A stretch of 63,731 bases of DNA, filler included, from Octopus bimaculoides (taxonomy: Eukaryota): assembly GCF_001194135.2 (NCBI RefSeq). It is 4 parts of 3 records of this genome, joined end to end, with 100 filler letters (N's around TTAATTAATTAA, not from the genome) between each part and the next. Parts side by side here need not be neighbours in the genome. Positions count along the whole stretch, not along the records: positions 42,482 to 61,693 come from NC_068986.1; positions 61,794 to 63,731 come from NW_026348488.1; 2 more parts are not named here. The stretch is one strand, 5' to 3'. Below the pieces are notes generated by a model, which ran no database searches, was not told the origin of the DNA, and saw nothing but the letters and a program-made list of their open reading frames with translations. Each line of letters begins with the position of its first letter. Position 1 is the first letter of the stretch. The position numbers and the translations under genes are program-made. Positions 51,184-62,744 of the stretch are shown here, piece by piece.

Positions 51184-51933
51184 TCCCTTCTGCTGAAGGT
51201 GCGAGGCCAGAAATTTGGAGGACAAGTCTAGTCGATTACATTGACTCTAGTGCCTAAATGGTAACTAATTTATGGACTCCGAAAGTATGAAAGGCACAGT
51301 CGTCCTAGTCGAAAATTTAAATAAATACATAAATAATAAATAAATAAATTTAGTAATCCAATTTACATATTTACAATAAATAAAGTTTACTAAAAAATTT
51401 TTGGCAGAAATTTCATAGAAATCGGATTAAGCCCTTTGGCAGCTCAGCTAATTTGGGCAAGTTGGTAGGGGGTAAAAAAATAAAAAAAAATAAATGGGTC
51501 AATAATTATAACAAAAAAAAACAACTTTGCATGCAAGCAAGGCTGTCAAAAACGTATATAATATGCAAATCTCTTTACGTCTGGAAATATAAAGCATTGC
51601 AAATGTTATAAATAATATAGGTCAATAAAATAAAGTTTAAAAACGAGTTTTGTTAAGCAGAATTTGAACTCAAAACGTAGCGACGGGTGAAATACCGCTA
51701 ACGATTTTGCTAGCTCGCCGCCTAAAAAAAAAAAATAATAATAACAATAATAATAATAATCTTCCAATTTACTTATGTTAGGAGAGATATTCGCTAGAAC
51801 AATACTCTATGCTAAACCAAATATATGACACCCTAGTCATAACAACAACTTGTACTTCTAACTTGTTGTCTCTTGAGGTCTCCGGGTGAGACTTGGAGTC
51901 AAGTTGTACAAATGCAAAGCAAAAGCCAAACAT

Positions 51934-52477
51934 AGAAGAAGAAGAAGAAGAAGAAGAAGAAGAAGAAGAAGAAGAAGAAGAAGAAGAAGAAGAAGAAGAA
52001 GAAGAAGAAGAAGAAGAAGNNNNNNNNNNNNNNNNNNNNNNNNNNNNNNNNNNNNNNNNNNNNNNNNNNNNNNNNNNNNNNNNNNNNNNNNNNNNNNNNN
52101 NNNNNNNNNNNNNNNNNNNNNNNNNNNNNNNNNNNNNNNNNNNNNNNNNNNNNNNNNNNNNNNNNNNNNNNNNNNNNNNNNNNNNNNNNNNNNNNNNNNN
52201 NNNNNNNNNNNNNNNNNNNNNNNNNNNNNNNNNNNNNNNNNNNNNNNNNNNNNNNNNNNNNNNNNNNNNNNNNNNNNNNNTAATAATAATAATAATAATA
52301 ATAATAATAGGAGAGTATTGTAGTTCGCTTGAAGCATTATGTATTGTTTGTAAAGAATAAAAATTTTGAATGGTACAACAATGTACTTTAATACAAAAAA
52401 TGGACTATATACCTGTTGTAATTTAGTTATCTATAGTCCGATGATATTTCGGAATACAATTCCTTCTTCAAATATTC

Positions 52478-52538
<61 letters not shown>

Positions 52539-52969
52539 TAATAATAATAATCCTTTCTACTAAAGGCGCAAGGCCTGAAAATTTGAGGGCGTGGACTAGT
52601 CGATTACATCGACCGCAGTGTTTCACTGGTACTTATTTTTATCTATCTCGAAAGGATGAAAGGATACATCAACCTCGGCAGAATTTCAACACAGAATATT
52701 GTTCTGGGCAAAATGCCGCTAAGCATTTTTTCCAACGTGCTAACGATTCTTCCAGCACGCTGCCTTATAATAATAATAAACCTTTCTACTCTAGGCACAA
52801 AGCCTGGATTTTGCGGGGAGGAGGACAATCGATCACATCGATTCCATTTATTTTATCGTCCACGAAAGTATAAAAGCAAAGTCGACATCGGTGGAATTTG
52901 AACTCAGAATGTAAGGAGAGAAGAACTGCTGGTAAGCATTTTACCCGGCGTGCTAACGATTCTGTCAGT

Positions 52970-53052
<83 letters not shown>

Positions 53053-53117
53053 AAGAAGAAGAAGAAGAAGAAGAAGAAGAAGAAGAAGAAGAAGAAGAAG
53101 AAGAAGAAGAAGAAGAA
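51934..53117. repeat. Cluster of (GAA)n and (AAT)n arrays interleaved with SINE-A tails
   Basis: Pure arrays at ~51934-52019, ~52480-52550 and ~52971-53117; another (GAA)n at ~55197-55290. Confidence 0.9.
52551..52970 (-). mobile_element. Two tandem SINE family A copies (52551-52766 and 52781-52970) with (AAT)n tails
   Basis: Both begin cctttctact...ggc.caa.gcctg and end gtgctaacgattct. Confidence 0.8.
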
Positions 53118-53839
53118 TCTTCGTAAGCCACAGGGGCAAATTATATGCATAAATAACATAAAAAAAGAAATAATATATTTATTGATAAGAGAACCTAAAT
53201 AGTATTTACTGCAAGAAGCCCGAAGGCAATAATGGTGCGAGAGGATATCAGATTGGGAGCAGTGTCATAATGGGGACACAACAAAAGCCAAAAACATTAA
53301 TAATGACTCCACCCGTGGTGGCATCAGATTATCCCTTCTGGCCACCGAGAGATACTCACTACTTACTTTTAGAAAAAGCTATCTTCTTCATAAATGTCAA
53401 AGACACTGGTCCCACTTTTCGCCAAATATCTGCTCCTCTCTTACTCTCTTCGCCTCAAGCAAAAGTTATGCATTGGATATATTTCGTATTCGCTTCCTCT
53501 TACGCTCTCTCCTTCACCCCATCTCCCTGTCTAGTGTGTATAAATACATACGTATTGAATTATGTTTATCCTAAATATGTATATGTGCTAAGCATATTAA
53601 TATATAGAATTACACACACACACACAAACACATATATATATATATATATACATTCACACACACANNNNNNNNNNNNNNNNNNNNNNNNNNNNNNNNNNNN
53701 NNNNNNNNNNNNNNNNNNNNNNNNNNNNNNNNNNNNNNNNNNNNNNNNNNNNNNNNNNNNNNNNNNNNNNNNNNNNNNNNNNNNNNNNNNNNNNNNNNNN
53801 NNNNNNNNNNNNNNNNNNNNNNNNNNNNNNNNNNNNNNN

Positions 53840-53898
<59 letters not shown>

Positions 53899-54842
53899 CA
53901 TATACATACATACATACATTTATACATGCATACATACATATATTTAAACTAAGTTAAGTATATATTTGCGGGAGTGTGCATGTATGTATTGGTATGTATT
54001 ATATTTAATATATGCTAGCACCCCTGCTCTAGCCCTGATTGGGTGTTCCTGCTTTGGGACCAGCTTCGTATCTCATGTTGTAATGGGAGGAATTTCACCC
54101 CCCTCCAAATTTAATACAGGAAGTTATATGTAGTGCTTGCGTATTGTAAGCAAAGAAGATAATATGAAGTAGATAAATCCCCAAAGAAATCATTATAACA
54201 AGCAACATTAATAATAAATATGACTAAACGATGATAGGTATGTATATGTTTGTCTGATTGTGTGTGTATGTGTGTATGTTAGTGCGAGCTTGTGTGTTTG
54301 TGTGTGTGTGGAGTGTGTTTTTGAATGTGTGAGAGAGGGAAAAATAAAACGGATGTAAGATAGGGGCAATAACTCAAGGTCGCTGGTTGCGTTTACGTGT
54401 AGAACAAACATGAATTCGTATGAATTAAATTATATTCACGATAAATTCTATATTTGTTGGAATTTTTTCTGATCTTCCAGAGAAGGTAGACGAATTGCTT
54501 TGACGGCTATAACTACCAACCTCTAGCTTCATGTGTTCATTTCTTATCTTTTTATTTATCTATTTATTATTATCACTTATTTTGTATAAGTTTTAGTCTC
54601 ATGAATTTTTCGAATAAAGTGTTCTGATGATGCTATTGAGGTAGAAGCATGTATCCACAACAGTCCATTTTTTTTTCCAAACAAACAAGCCCTATTTAAC
54701 CTCATGGTATGTCTATTCTGGAAATGTATTCGTTCTTAAGATTATCTCCAGGAATTATATAGTCATTGTACATTAGTACCAAGAACGGACTAAATAGCAA
54801 AACCTACGTGGTACATTGAGAGACGGATATCAGGCAAATTAC

Positions 54843-54889
54843 CGGTGGATGTAAGCCATGTAGTGGTCCGAATTATTGGTCTGTCCTCG
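54843..54889 (-). CDS. Candidate 47-nt exon (phase 0 to 2)
   Basis: Acceptor tcaattctgcttccag, donor gtaatt. Translates RGQTNNSDHYMAYIH(R) and is in phase with the 203-nt candidate. It resembles the DHAILLTR segment of reprolysins. Confidence 0.4.
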
Positions 54890-55526
54890 CTGGAAGCAGA
54901 ATTGATTTTTAAATAAAATAAGGGAGTTTAGTACCTGTTCCAATTAATCATCACTACGATGGACATATAGAACATGAAAAGAAACTTCCTTCACGCTGGA
55001 GATCTTGAGGATGAACGGATTATATAAAGCGATAAAGAACTGCTGTATTGACTAATATAATATCTATAACTTAAAGCACCACGTTTTGGGTTTAGAACAT
55101 ACATACATACATACATACATACATACCTTGTTTCTGCCTGTCTCTGTCTCTCTTGTTTACTCTTGTGGGTTCGAGATAATTGTGAATTCTTGGCAGAGAA
55201 GAAGAAGAAGAAGAAGAAGAAGAAGAAGAAGAAGAAGAAGAAGAAGAAGAAGAAGAAGAAGAAGAAGAAGAAGAAGAAGAAGAAGAAGAAAGAGGAGCAG
55301 GAACAGGAGAACGCGGGAGTGCCATGATAGTAGTAGGAAGTTAAATGGTCAAGTGCCTTGAAAGTGAATTGTTGTAGATGGTAGTGGTGATTGAATTCTT
55401 GAGACATCTCTTTTGAATATATTGTTTATATACTACCAGGCCATACCTAACATAGTAGCACCATCTGGAAAAAATATTTAATGATGTTTCCTATTGCAGT
55501 CATACTCTGGGCAACGAAGCACATAC

Positions 55527-55729
55527 GAGTAAAGAGTTTAATGCTTGCAGAGATATATCCGGATGTAAATAGTTTGCCTGGAATTTGTGGAGATAATCGT
55601 TCAGGAAACGTTGAATGTGTGTCTTGGCATGAGTTTTGTAAAGGACTGATGCCACGGGATCCCAAGATTTTGAAACCAAGCCTTCGACCAATATTGGTGT
55701 TTCTCTCTTGGTATCCAGCGCTGTATAGT
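55527..55729 (-). CDS. Candidate 203-nt exon (phase 1 to 0) of the same minus-strand gene; possibly the end of the pro-domain and start of a divergent M12B domain
   Basis: Acceptor gttctattacaacag, donor gtatgt, 67 open codons: (D)YTALDTKRETPILVEGLVSKSWDPVASVLYKTHAKTHIQRFLNDYLHKFQANYLHPDISLQALNSLL. KR followed by VExLV and YLHPDI resemble ADAMTS furin site, VETLV and YKHPSI by eye only. Confidence 0.55.
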
Positions 55730-55820
55730 CTGTTGTAATAGAACATCCACGTTTACATGGGCATAAACATTACCTTTCGATATTTACATGCATACATACA
55801 TGCATACATACATACATACA

Positions 55821-55849
<29 letters not shown>

Positions 55850-55851
<2 letters not shown>

Positions 55852-58045
55852 GTATATATGTTGGAATTTACAAAAAAAAACAAATGAAGACAGGTGTGTA
55901 AACAACAAACAGGTGTATTAGTTTAACGCTCGGGAAGGTGAGAAAGTCTTTTACATTTCGAGCCTACGCTCTTCTACAGAAAGGAACACGAGACAATAAA
56001 CCGAGAGCGAATAATACAAAAAACTTTAGTGGCTAGCGGTCGATCATGGCGATGGCTGGACAGAGGTGGTCAGACAGGACAGCTAGGAAGATGAGGAGAT
56101 AATAAAGTAATGGTGATCCCAAAACGAAGGTGCGCGTGCTTGTGTATGTGAGAGCGTGTGTTTCCGTGTGGATTTGGGCTGGTAACCATGACGTGTAGGT
56201 GCGTGGATGATGGTGTGGATGGTGGAGTGTGGGTGATGGGAAGTGGTCAGTGCTAGTGTGCGTGGAGTGGTGTGATGTGGTGTGGTGTAGCATTGTGTGG
56301 TGTGGTGGTGTGTGGTGTGTTGTGGTGTTGTGGTGTTGTGGTGATGTGTTGTGTTATGGTGTGGTGTGTTGTGGTGTGGAGTGGTGGTGTGTGGTGTGGT
56401 GGTGNNNNNNNNNNNNNNNNNNNNNNNNNNNNNNNNNNNNNNNNNNNNNNNNNNNNNNNNNNNNNNNNNNNNNNNNNNNNNNNNNNNNNNNNNNNNNNNN
56501 NNNNNNNNNNNNNNNNNNNNNNNNNNNNNNNNNNNNNNNNNNNNNNNNNNNNNNNNNNNNNNNNNNNNNNNNNNNNNNNNNNNNNNNNNNNNNNNNNNNN
56601 NNNNNNNNNNNNNNNNNNNNGAGGTGGGCTGAGGTGTGGGGTAGACTGGGGAATGTAGGAGTGGGATGTGTGGGGTGGGATTGGGATGTATAGGGATGGT
56701 GGGGTTGGGATATGTAGGGGTGGGGTGTGCATGTTGAGGGTTACGATGAAGGGAGAGGGTGGAAGGGAGATGCTGGGTAGGAGTGATGAGAAGAAGTAGG
56801 TGTCAGAGCAAGATAGGAGAGGAGAGGTAGGTGAGAATGAAGAGAGGAAGTAGGTGTGAGAGGAAGAGAAGAGAGAGGAAGGGAGTAGATGGAGAGAGGA
56901 GGGGAGAAGATGGAGAGGTTAGGGCAGTTCAGCCCATGTGCGCATAGGCGAGAAGAGAGAAGATTAATTCCTGTTCACGGTGAAGACGGGAGAGCGGATG
57001 GCCCTTGTGCAAGGACAATCCGAACACAGATAGTTGTTGTAAAGAATGACCGGCGCGGCGGCAATGGTGCGAGACCGGGGTGTCGTTGCCGAGTCTGAAT
57101 CTTGGAGGTGTCCCGCGAACCGGTCAGTCAAGCGACGTCCTGTTTGACCGATGTACAGAGAAGGACAGAGGGAGCAGGAGATGTAATAACTGACGTTACT
57201 AGAAGTGCAGGTGAAGGATAGGGATGATGATGGGTGCCTGTGAGGATGGTAGTGCTGGAGAGGTAGGGGCAAGTGCGGCAGCGTAGGCGGGAGCAGAGGG
57301 AAAATCCGGGCTGGGAGGTGGAGTTAGAGAAGAAACAGTGGACCAGGAGGTCAGGTAGGTTGTGGGCTCGTTTGAAGGAGGGGTAGATTAGGGAGGTCAT
57401 GCAAAATGGAGGTTACGGACTGGAGTCGCCGGAAGGCTCGGAGAATGGTGCATTGGAGATGCAGGGTGGAGGGGTGGTAGGTGAGGGCGGACGGGATACG
57501 GGTAACGGCGGGGTGGATGCGGGAAGAGAGAGTAGATGTATGGTCCACGGAAGTGTTCTGGCAAGTGCGGTGTGAGTAGTGGTGAGAGGATATTCATGAA
57601 GGACGAAGTGGCGAGCCATGAATTGAGATTGTGTCTCCAATTCATGGTTGTCACTGCAGAGCCTGCGCAGACGGGGGAATTGGGAGTAGGGGATGGAGAG
57701 CTTGGTGTGTTCAGGGTGGGAGGAGGAGAAGTTAAGGTATGAGTGTGTGTCGGTGTCTTTGTAGTGGATAGAGGTGGTGAGTGATGAATGCTGACCGAAA
57801 TGTCGAGAAAGGCGATGGAAGTGTCGGAAATAGTGCAGGAGAATTCGAGGGCAAGATGGAAAGACTGGACAAAGTAGAGGAAGGAGTCTAGTTGTTCGCG
57901 GGAGAGTGAGGTTGCGTCGATACTGTCATCAGTATAACGATCGTATAGTTCGGGCGTGGGGCCCGTAAATCTTGAAAATACTAGGGTTTCAACGTAGCCG
58001 ACGAACAGGTTTTGCATAGTTGGTGCCCATTCTCGATCCCTTGGC

Positions 58046-58047
<2 letters not shown>
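55850..58047 (-). mobile_element. 5'-truncated Penelope-like retroelement: RT, GIY-YIG endonuclease, low-complexity 3' region, terminal repeat
   Basis: Fragments read GSRMGTNYANLFVGYVE, RYTDD, SFHLALEF, IAFLDISV, CSRLRCRTCP, FTCTSSNV..YISCSLCPSLYIGQTGRRL..RF..H and REQELIFSL..HGLN. Multiple frameshifts. Confidence 0.9.
55948..55984 (-). ncRNA. Minimal type I hammerhead in the 3' terminal repeat of the 56-58 kb Penelope element
   Basis: CUUU-CUGUAGA-A-GAGC-GUAG-GCUC-GAAAU-GUA-AAAG. Stems I and II are intact; the core has U at position 6 and a C>U change in stem III. Confidence 0.6.
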
Positions 58048-58089
<42 letters not shown>

Positions 58090-58881
58090 CTAAATGTGAT
58101 CTGATATTTAAGACTCTGAACTCATTACTCACCATTTCCTATGAATTTTGGTTTAGGATTGCCATCTTTGACAGTGAATAAATGAATGGCTCTTTGAAGA
58201 CATGACAGCTTGATGAAATACTTCGCAATTCAACTACAGTCTCAGTATGTCTATTATACACCCATAATCATGAACTTATGGAACGTATTTATATAGATAG
58301 CTAATCTCCCCCACGTTAATTTATGTAGAGAACATTCGAAATGTATTTCTAAATATTTAGTTGAAGTAAATTATAAATATATTATACGTGAATTTTGGAC
58401 AGTGTTACATAACGTAAAATTAGAAACGATATTTCTGGATTTGGTCTCTGTCTCAAAGATAATTTGTGCATTATGTTACCCGAACTAAATTCTCAATAGA
58501 AATTCTTAGCATACTTAGACCTGCCGACATATGTTCATATTACTTATCAACATCTTTAAATAAAGATATGCTGACATGTGGTTTAAATCTACCGTCACAC
58601 CACATGAAATGTTATCTGGCGCAAATGTATAATATATATGCATACATCCATCCATATATACACAGCTCAGTGGCTACAGCGTCGGGCTAACAACCATGAG
58701 GCAGTGTGTTGTGTTCTAGAGCAAGACATTTTATTTCACGTAGAAATGAGTTGCGACGTCACTGATGCAAGAATGTATCGGCTTTCTGTGCATAGGTGAT
58801 TGCTAATTTTCCGCAAAAACATCTTGCCCGGACTTATACCTCGGAGGATAAATTTCTAGGTGTAATTCCATGGCCGAAGGT

Positions 58882-58929
<48 letters not shown>

Positions 58930-59289
58930 NNNNNNNNNNNNNNNNNNNNNNNNNNNNNNNNNNNNNNNNNNNNNNNNNNNNNNNNNNNNNNNNNNNNNNN
59001 NNNNNNNNNNNNNNNNNNNNNNNNNNNNNNNNNCTCTCTCTCCCCTCTCTCTCTCCCCTCTCTCTTTCACCTTCCTCTCTCTCTATCTCTCTCTCTCTTT
59101 CTCTCTCTCTCTCCTTCTCTCTCTCTCTCTCATTATGAAACATAATGAGGTTCCGCTCATTATGAAACATATGTAGCCCGGTTGTTATCTACTCTTTTCT
59201 TAACTTTTTTAATCTTATTCGTATATTTGGCAACTCTGATCCCCTTCCGTGAATATAAGAACTATTTTCAGTTTATCATATTTCAACTA

Positions 59290-60146
59290 CATATGTGGGA
59301 AATTCTGTATGAGGGTGTGTTTGTGGAGTTGTTAGCTAACTTCTCCTACATCGTTTTATCGATTTTGATGAAACTTGACACGTGAGTAGAACTCATGTCT
59401 GGAAACTTCATGTCATACTGAGATTGTTGAAAAATCAATAAAAGGGTCCCTGAAAGGGATTCTTATATATATATATAATATTTTATTTTAACAGGCAATG
59501 GAAATAGCCTATCCATTTTCTTAAATCATTTGGGTCAAATTGAGTATTCGTATTTCTTAGTATTTGAACTATTAGACTTATTTTCGCAATTTATCCAGTA
59601 CAGTCCTTAAGCAAGTAAATAGTATTTTCCTAAACAATAGATCCAATTACTTCGGTTAGTGACTTATTCACGAATATACCACCACTAGCGCCGTTGAGGG
59701 TAATATTCTCTGAGAACGCACAAAAGCCCTTTTCAGAGTTATTTACTTTGAATTGTTATTATCTCATATCTGATTAGTCTGTTATTGCGTAACATGCTTC
59801 ACGATTTTAGTATACATACCTTATTAATATTTCCTCCTAAGTTCTATATACTCTGGGAACGCATTAAAACCCTTTTCGAGGTTACTTTATTTGTATTCAT
59901 ACAATCGGGTAACTAATTTCATGTTATTACTTAACTGACTTCACAATTTGGATATTCATAATTTATTAGAAATTTCTAAAAGCAAGATCCTGTGTAAGAC
60001 AGTTCAGTATTGTCTGTAAATGCACAAACACCATTTTAAGGGCTACATACTTTGTATTGTTGTTATAGGATTAGTGAATCAGTTATGAGAACGGAACAAA
60101 AGGATAAGCCCCGCTTTCCCAGCAATTACCGGGTACGCCAGCTAGT
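59290..60146 (+). mobile_element. Probable non-autonomous Helitron/Helentron-like element (5' boundary uncertain)
   Basis: The 3' end has the hairpin cccag-caatta-ccggg 8 nt before CTAG|T (60142-60146). An internal cgattttgatgaaacttg motif is typical of DINE-1-like elements. Confidence 0.4.
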
Positions 60147-60199
60147 ATATATATACATATATACATACATATAAATATATATATAAACAATATATGAGT

Positions 60200-60503
60200 A
60201 AATGCATATATATGTACATGTATGTACATACCTTCATCCACATGTACATATAGATACATAACTGGGTACATGACGTGGCAAAAGAACATGGACAAAATGA
60301 TAAACAAGGTACAACAAACAAGCAAGCCACATAGAAACATCTCCTTCATCAGCTGCCACCATTAAAACACCGGCGTTTCGAAGAAATAAGGCAGTACGCA
60401 TCGTTGAAATGGTTCTTCCCACGAACACAAATTAAATTATTTTCGTGGAGGGTAGTGGCGGACGGAAAACAAGACAGGAAAACGAAACGGTGAATAAACA
60501 AAT
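60200..60503 (-). mobile_element. Related subfamily of the non-coding hammerhead element (5' part lost in gap)
   Basis: Shares ccttcatcagctgcc, ggcgtttcgaag, aaaacaagacaggaaa and the (TA)-rich 3' tail with the 3.6-kb copy. Confidence 0.55.
60335..60415 (-). ncRNA. Hammerhead-ribozyme-like motif, non-circularly permuted (copy 2, different subfamily)
   Basis: RNA GC-GUA-CUGCC-UUAUU-UCUUC-GAAAC-GC...GGCAG-CUGAUGA-A-GGAGA. Stem I 5 bp, stem II GGAGA/UCUUC 5 bp, stem III 4 bp, complete core. Confidence 0.7.
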
Positions 60504-60912
60504 NNNNNNNNNNNNNNNNNNNNNNNNNNNNNNNNNNNNNNNNNNNNNNNNNNNNNNNNNNNNNNNNNNNNNNNNNNNNNNNNNNNNNNNNNNNNNNNNN
60601 NNNNNNNNNNNNNNNNNNNNNNNNNNNNNNNNNNNNNNNNNNNNNNNNNNNNNNNNNNNNNNNNNNNNNNNNNNNNNNNNNNNNNNNNNNNNNNNNNNNN
60701 NNNNNNNNNNNNNNNNNNNNNNNNNNNNNNNNNNNNNNNNNNNNNNNNNNNNNNNNNNNNNNNNNNNNNNNNNNNNNNNNNNNNNNNNNNNNNNNNNNNN
60801 NNNNNNNNNNNNNNNNNNNNNNNNNNNNNNNNNNNNCAGTTATGAGAACGGAACAAAAGGATAAGCCCCGCTTTCCCAGCAATTACCGGGTACGCCAGCT
60901 AGTATATATATA

Positions 60913-61100
60913 CATGAGGTGAGGCCGAATAGTTCCTGGTTTCAGGTAAAAGAAAATACAGGAGGATCAGTTAATTATGATTTTATTCAACATATTATCT
61001 TCTCAGATCCATACACGTATTGCAGCAGTCCTTAAGTTTTCCTTCAACCAGGCCTTTCCCGATACCCTTAAAGCCAGGAGCTTTTCACCAACCCTTCGTG
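60913..61100 (-). mobile_element. 188-bp mariner deletion derivative (MITE-like)
   Basis: TA-flanked with degenerate ~30-bp inverted ends (…gaatagttcctggttt / …gaaaagctcctggcttt). The interior retains the transposase C-terminal …YVE* signature. Confidence 0.6.
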
Positions 61101-61200
61101 TAAGACTTTTTCATTTTTCCCGAACGTTAAACTAATACATTTGCTTGTTATTCATACACCTATCTTCGCCTTTTGCTTTTCTATAAATTTTAACTCTACG
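61101..61200 (+). mobile_element. Fragment of the same terminal repeat as 55850-55950
   Basis: aagacttt..ttcccgaacgttaaactaatacat...tacacct.tcttc aligns with the reverse complement of 55860-55950. Confidence 0.6.
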
Positions 61201-61646
61201 CGTGTGTATGTGTGTGCGTGTGTGTGTGTGCGCGCGCGCGTGTGTGTATGTGTTTGCATGAGCATTTTTGTTACGCTAAGAAGTGGGTACAGTTCACGAG
61301 ATTTCGACTCGAGCCAAATATAATACTCAACCACAAATCCTTGTTAGAGTATTCGAATCAGAGGCGTCTAGACGGGATGCTTTGTATTGGCATGGAATCG
61401 TATAATTTTAATAATAATATCAACACAAATAGTGAATGAAAGCATTCCCTATTATTTATAATGAAAACCTGACACGTACATATTAAACGATTCCAAAATA
61501 TTGCTATTTGCCTTGATTTCTTCATTACATCCTTTGCTGTTGTAATTAACCGCTTATCGATACGACAGTTAACATTTTTAATTTTATTTCTTTATTGTAT
61601 CAATTGAGGAGTTTTCTTACAATATATATTTACATCTGTGTGTGTA

Positions 61647-61693
<47 letters not shown>

Positions 61694-62744
61694 NNNNNNN
61701 NNNNNNNNNNNNNNNNNNNNNNNNNNNNNNNNNNNNNTTAATTAATTAANNNNNNNNNNNNNNNNNNNNNNNNNNNNNNNNNNNNNNNNNNNNTACATCT
61801 TCACTCTGAACTTTTTCCCTTTGCCTATCTATGGACCGTTAACGATGGTGGATTTTCATAGTTGATGTTTAATGTGTATATCGCATAATTGTATTTCATA
61901 ACCAAAGCTGTTAGGATGAGATTTTGTGAGATAATTATATAAACTTCTTTTCAAAACAGGGTCAGTGATATAACCTTAAATACTGTCATATGTGTGTGAA
62001 TGTGTGTGTGTGTGTGTGTGTAGGTATGACTGTTTCTGTGTAGGTGTGTGTGTGTGTTCATAGTTGTATGAAAGAATATTTACTGTCCACAAAAATGTAC
62101 AATATTGTCAAATTGTTATCACTAGCAGTAAAATAATTCGCTGTGATATGTGTGGCTTTTAACTTGTTTTTTGTTTTTTTTTAATTGGTAGCAATAACTG
62201 TCTCTAACAGTCAATAACTGTCAATATTTTAAACTTACTGAATTTTCATCTCTATGAAATATATATTATTGCTTTAATCAGGTTTTAGGTGGTGCATAAT
62301 TTCTTACCAAGTACTTCGAAGTGTTTGCAATATCCAAATATATCTGTTTGTCATTTACTCCGTTTGAAAATAATATAAAATATTGTTTTCCTTTAAGCTG
62401 TGTTTACAGCTTAAACTAAATGGAAAAGTGATATGGCCATATGGAGAGAGGTGGTCGATACCAAGCAGCGTATGTTAAATAACCGCAAGTTTCTTTTAAA
62501 AGCCAATAGGGCTAGAAAAGACATGTAGAAGTGTTTTCCTGGATTTTGCATGCAATTCTCCGTAAAATCACTATAATTGGTTACAGCTGGATAAGAGGGC
62601 ATTGACTATGACAGAAAGAAATAGTAGGTGACTATAATGTGTTAATCCTAATGATCCTAACTCTCTTCTGAACGGTTAAGTGAAATTCTGAGAAACCTTC
62701 TGTGAAAGATTTTGCTTTTCCTTTTTTGTTACGGAAGGATTCCG

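Noticed and set aside
53367-53429. Candidate exon with a gtaagt donor inside the 225-aa plus-strand ORF region
   Set aside because: The acceptor context is purine-rich, two frames have stops, and the open frame does not fit the neighbouring phases.
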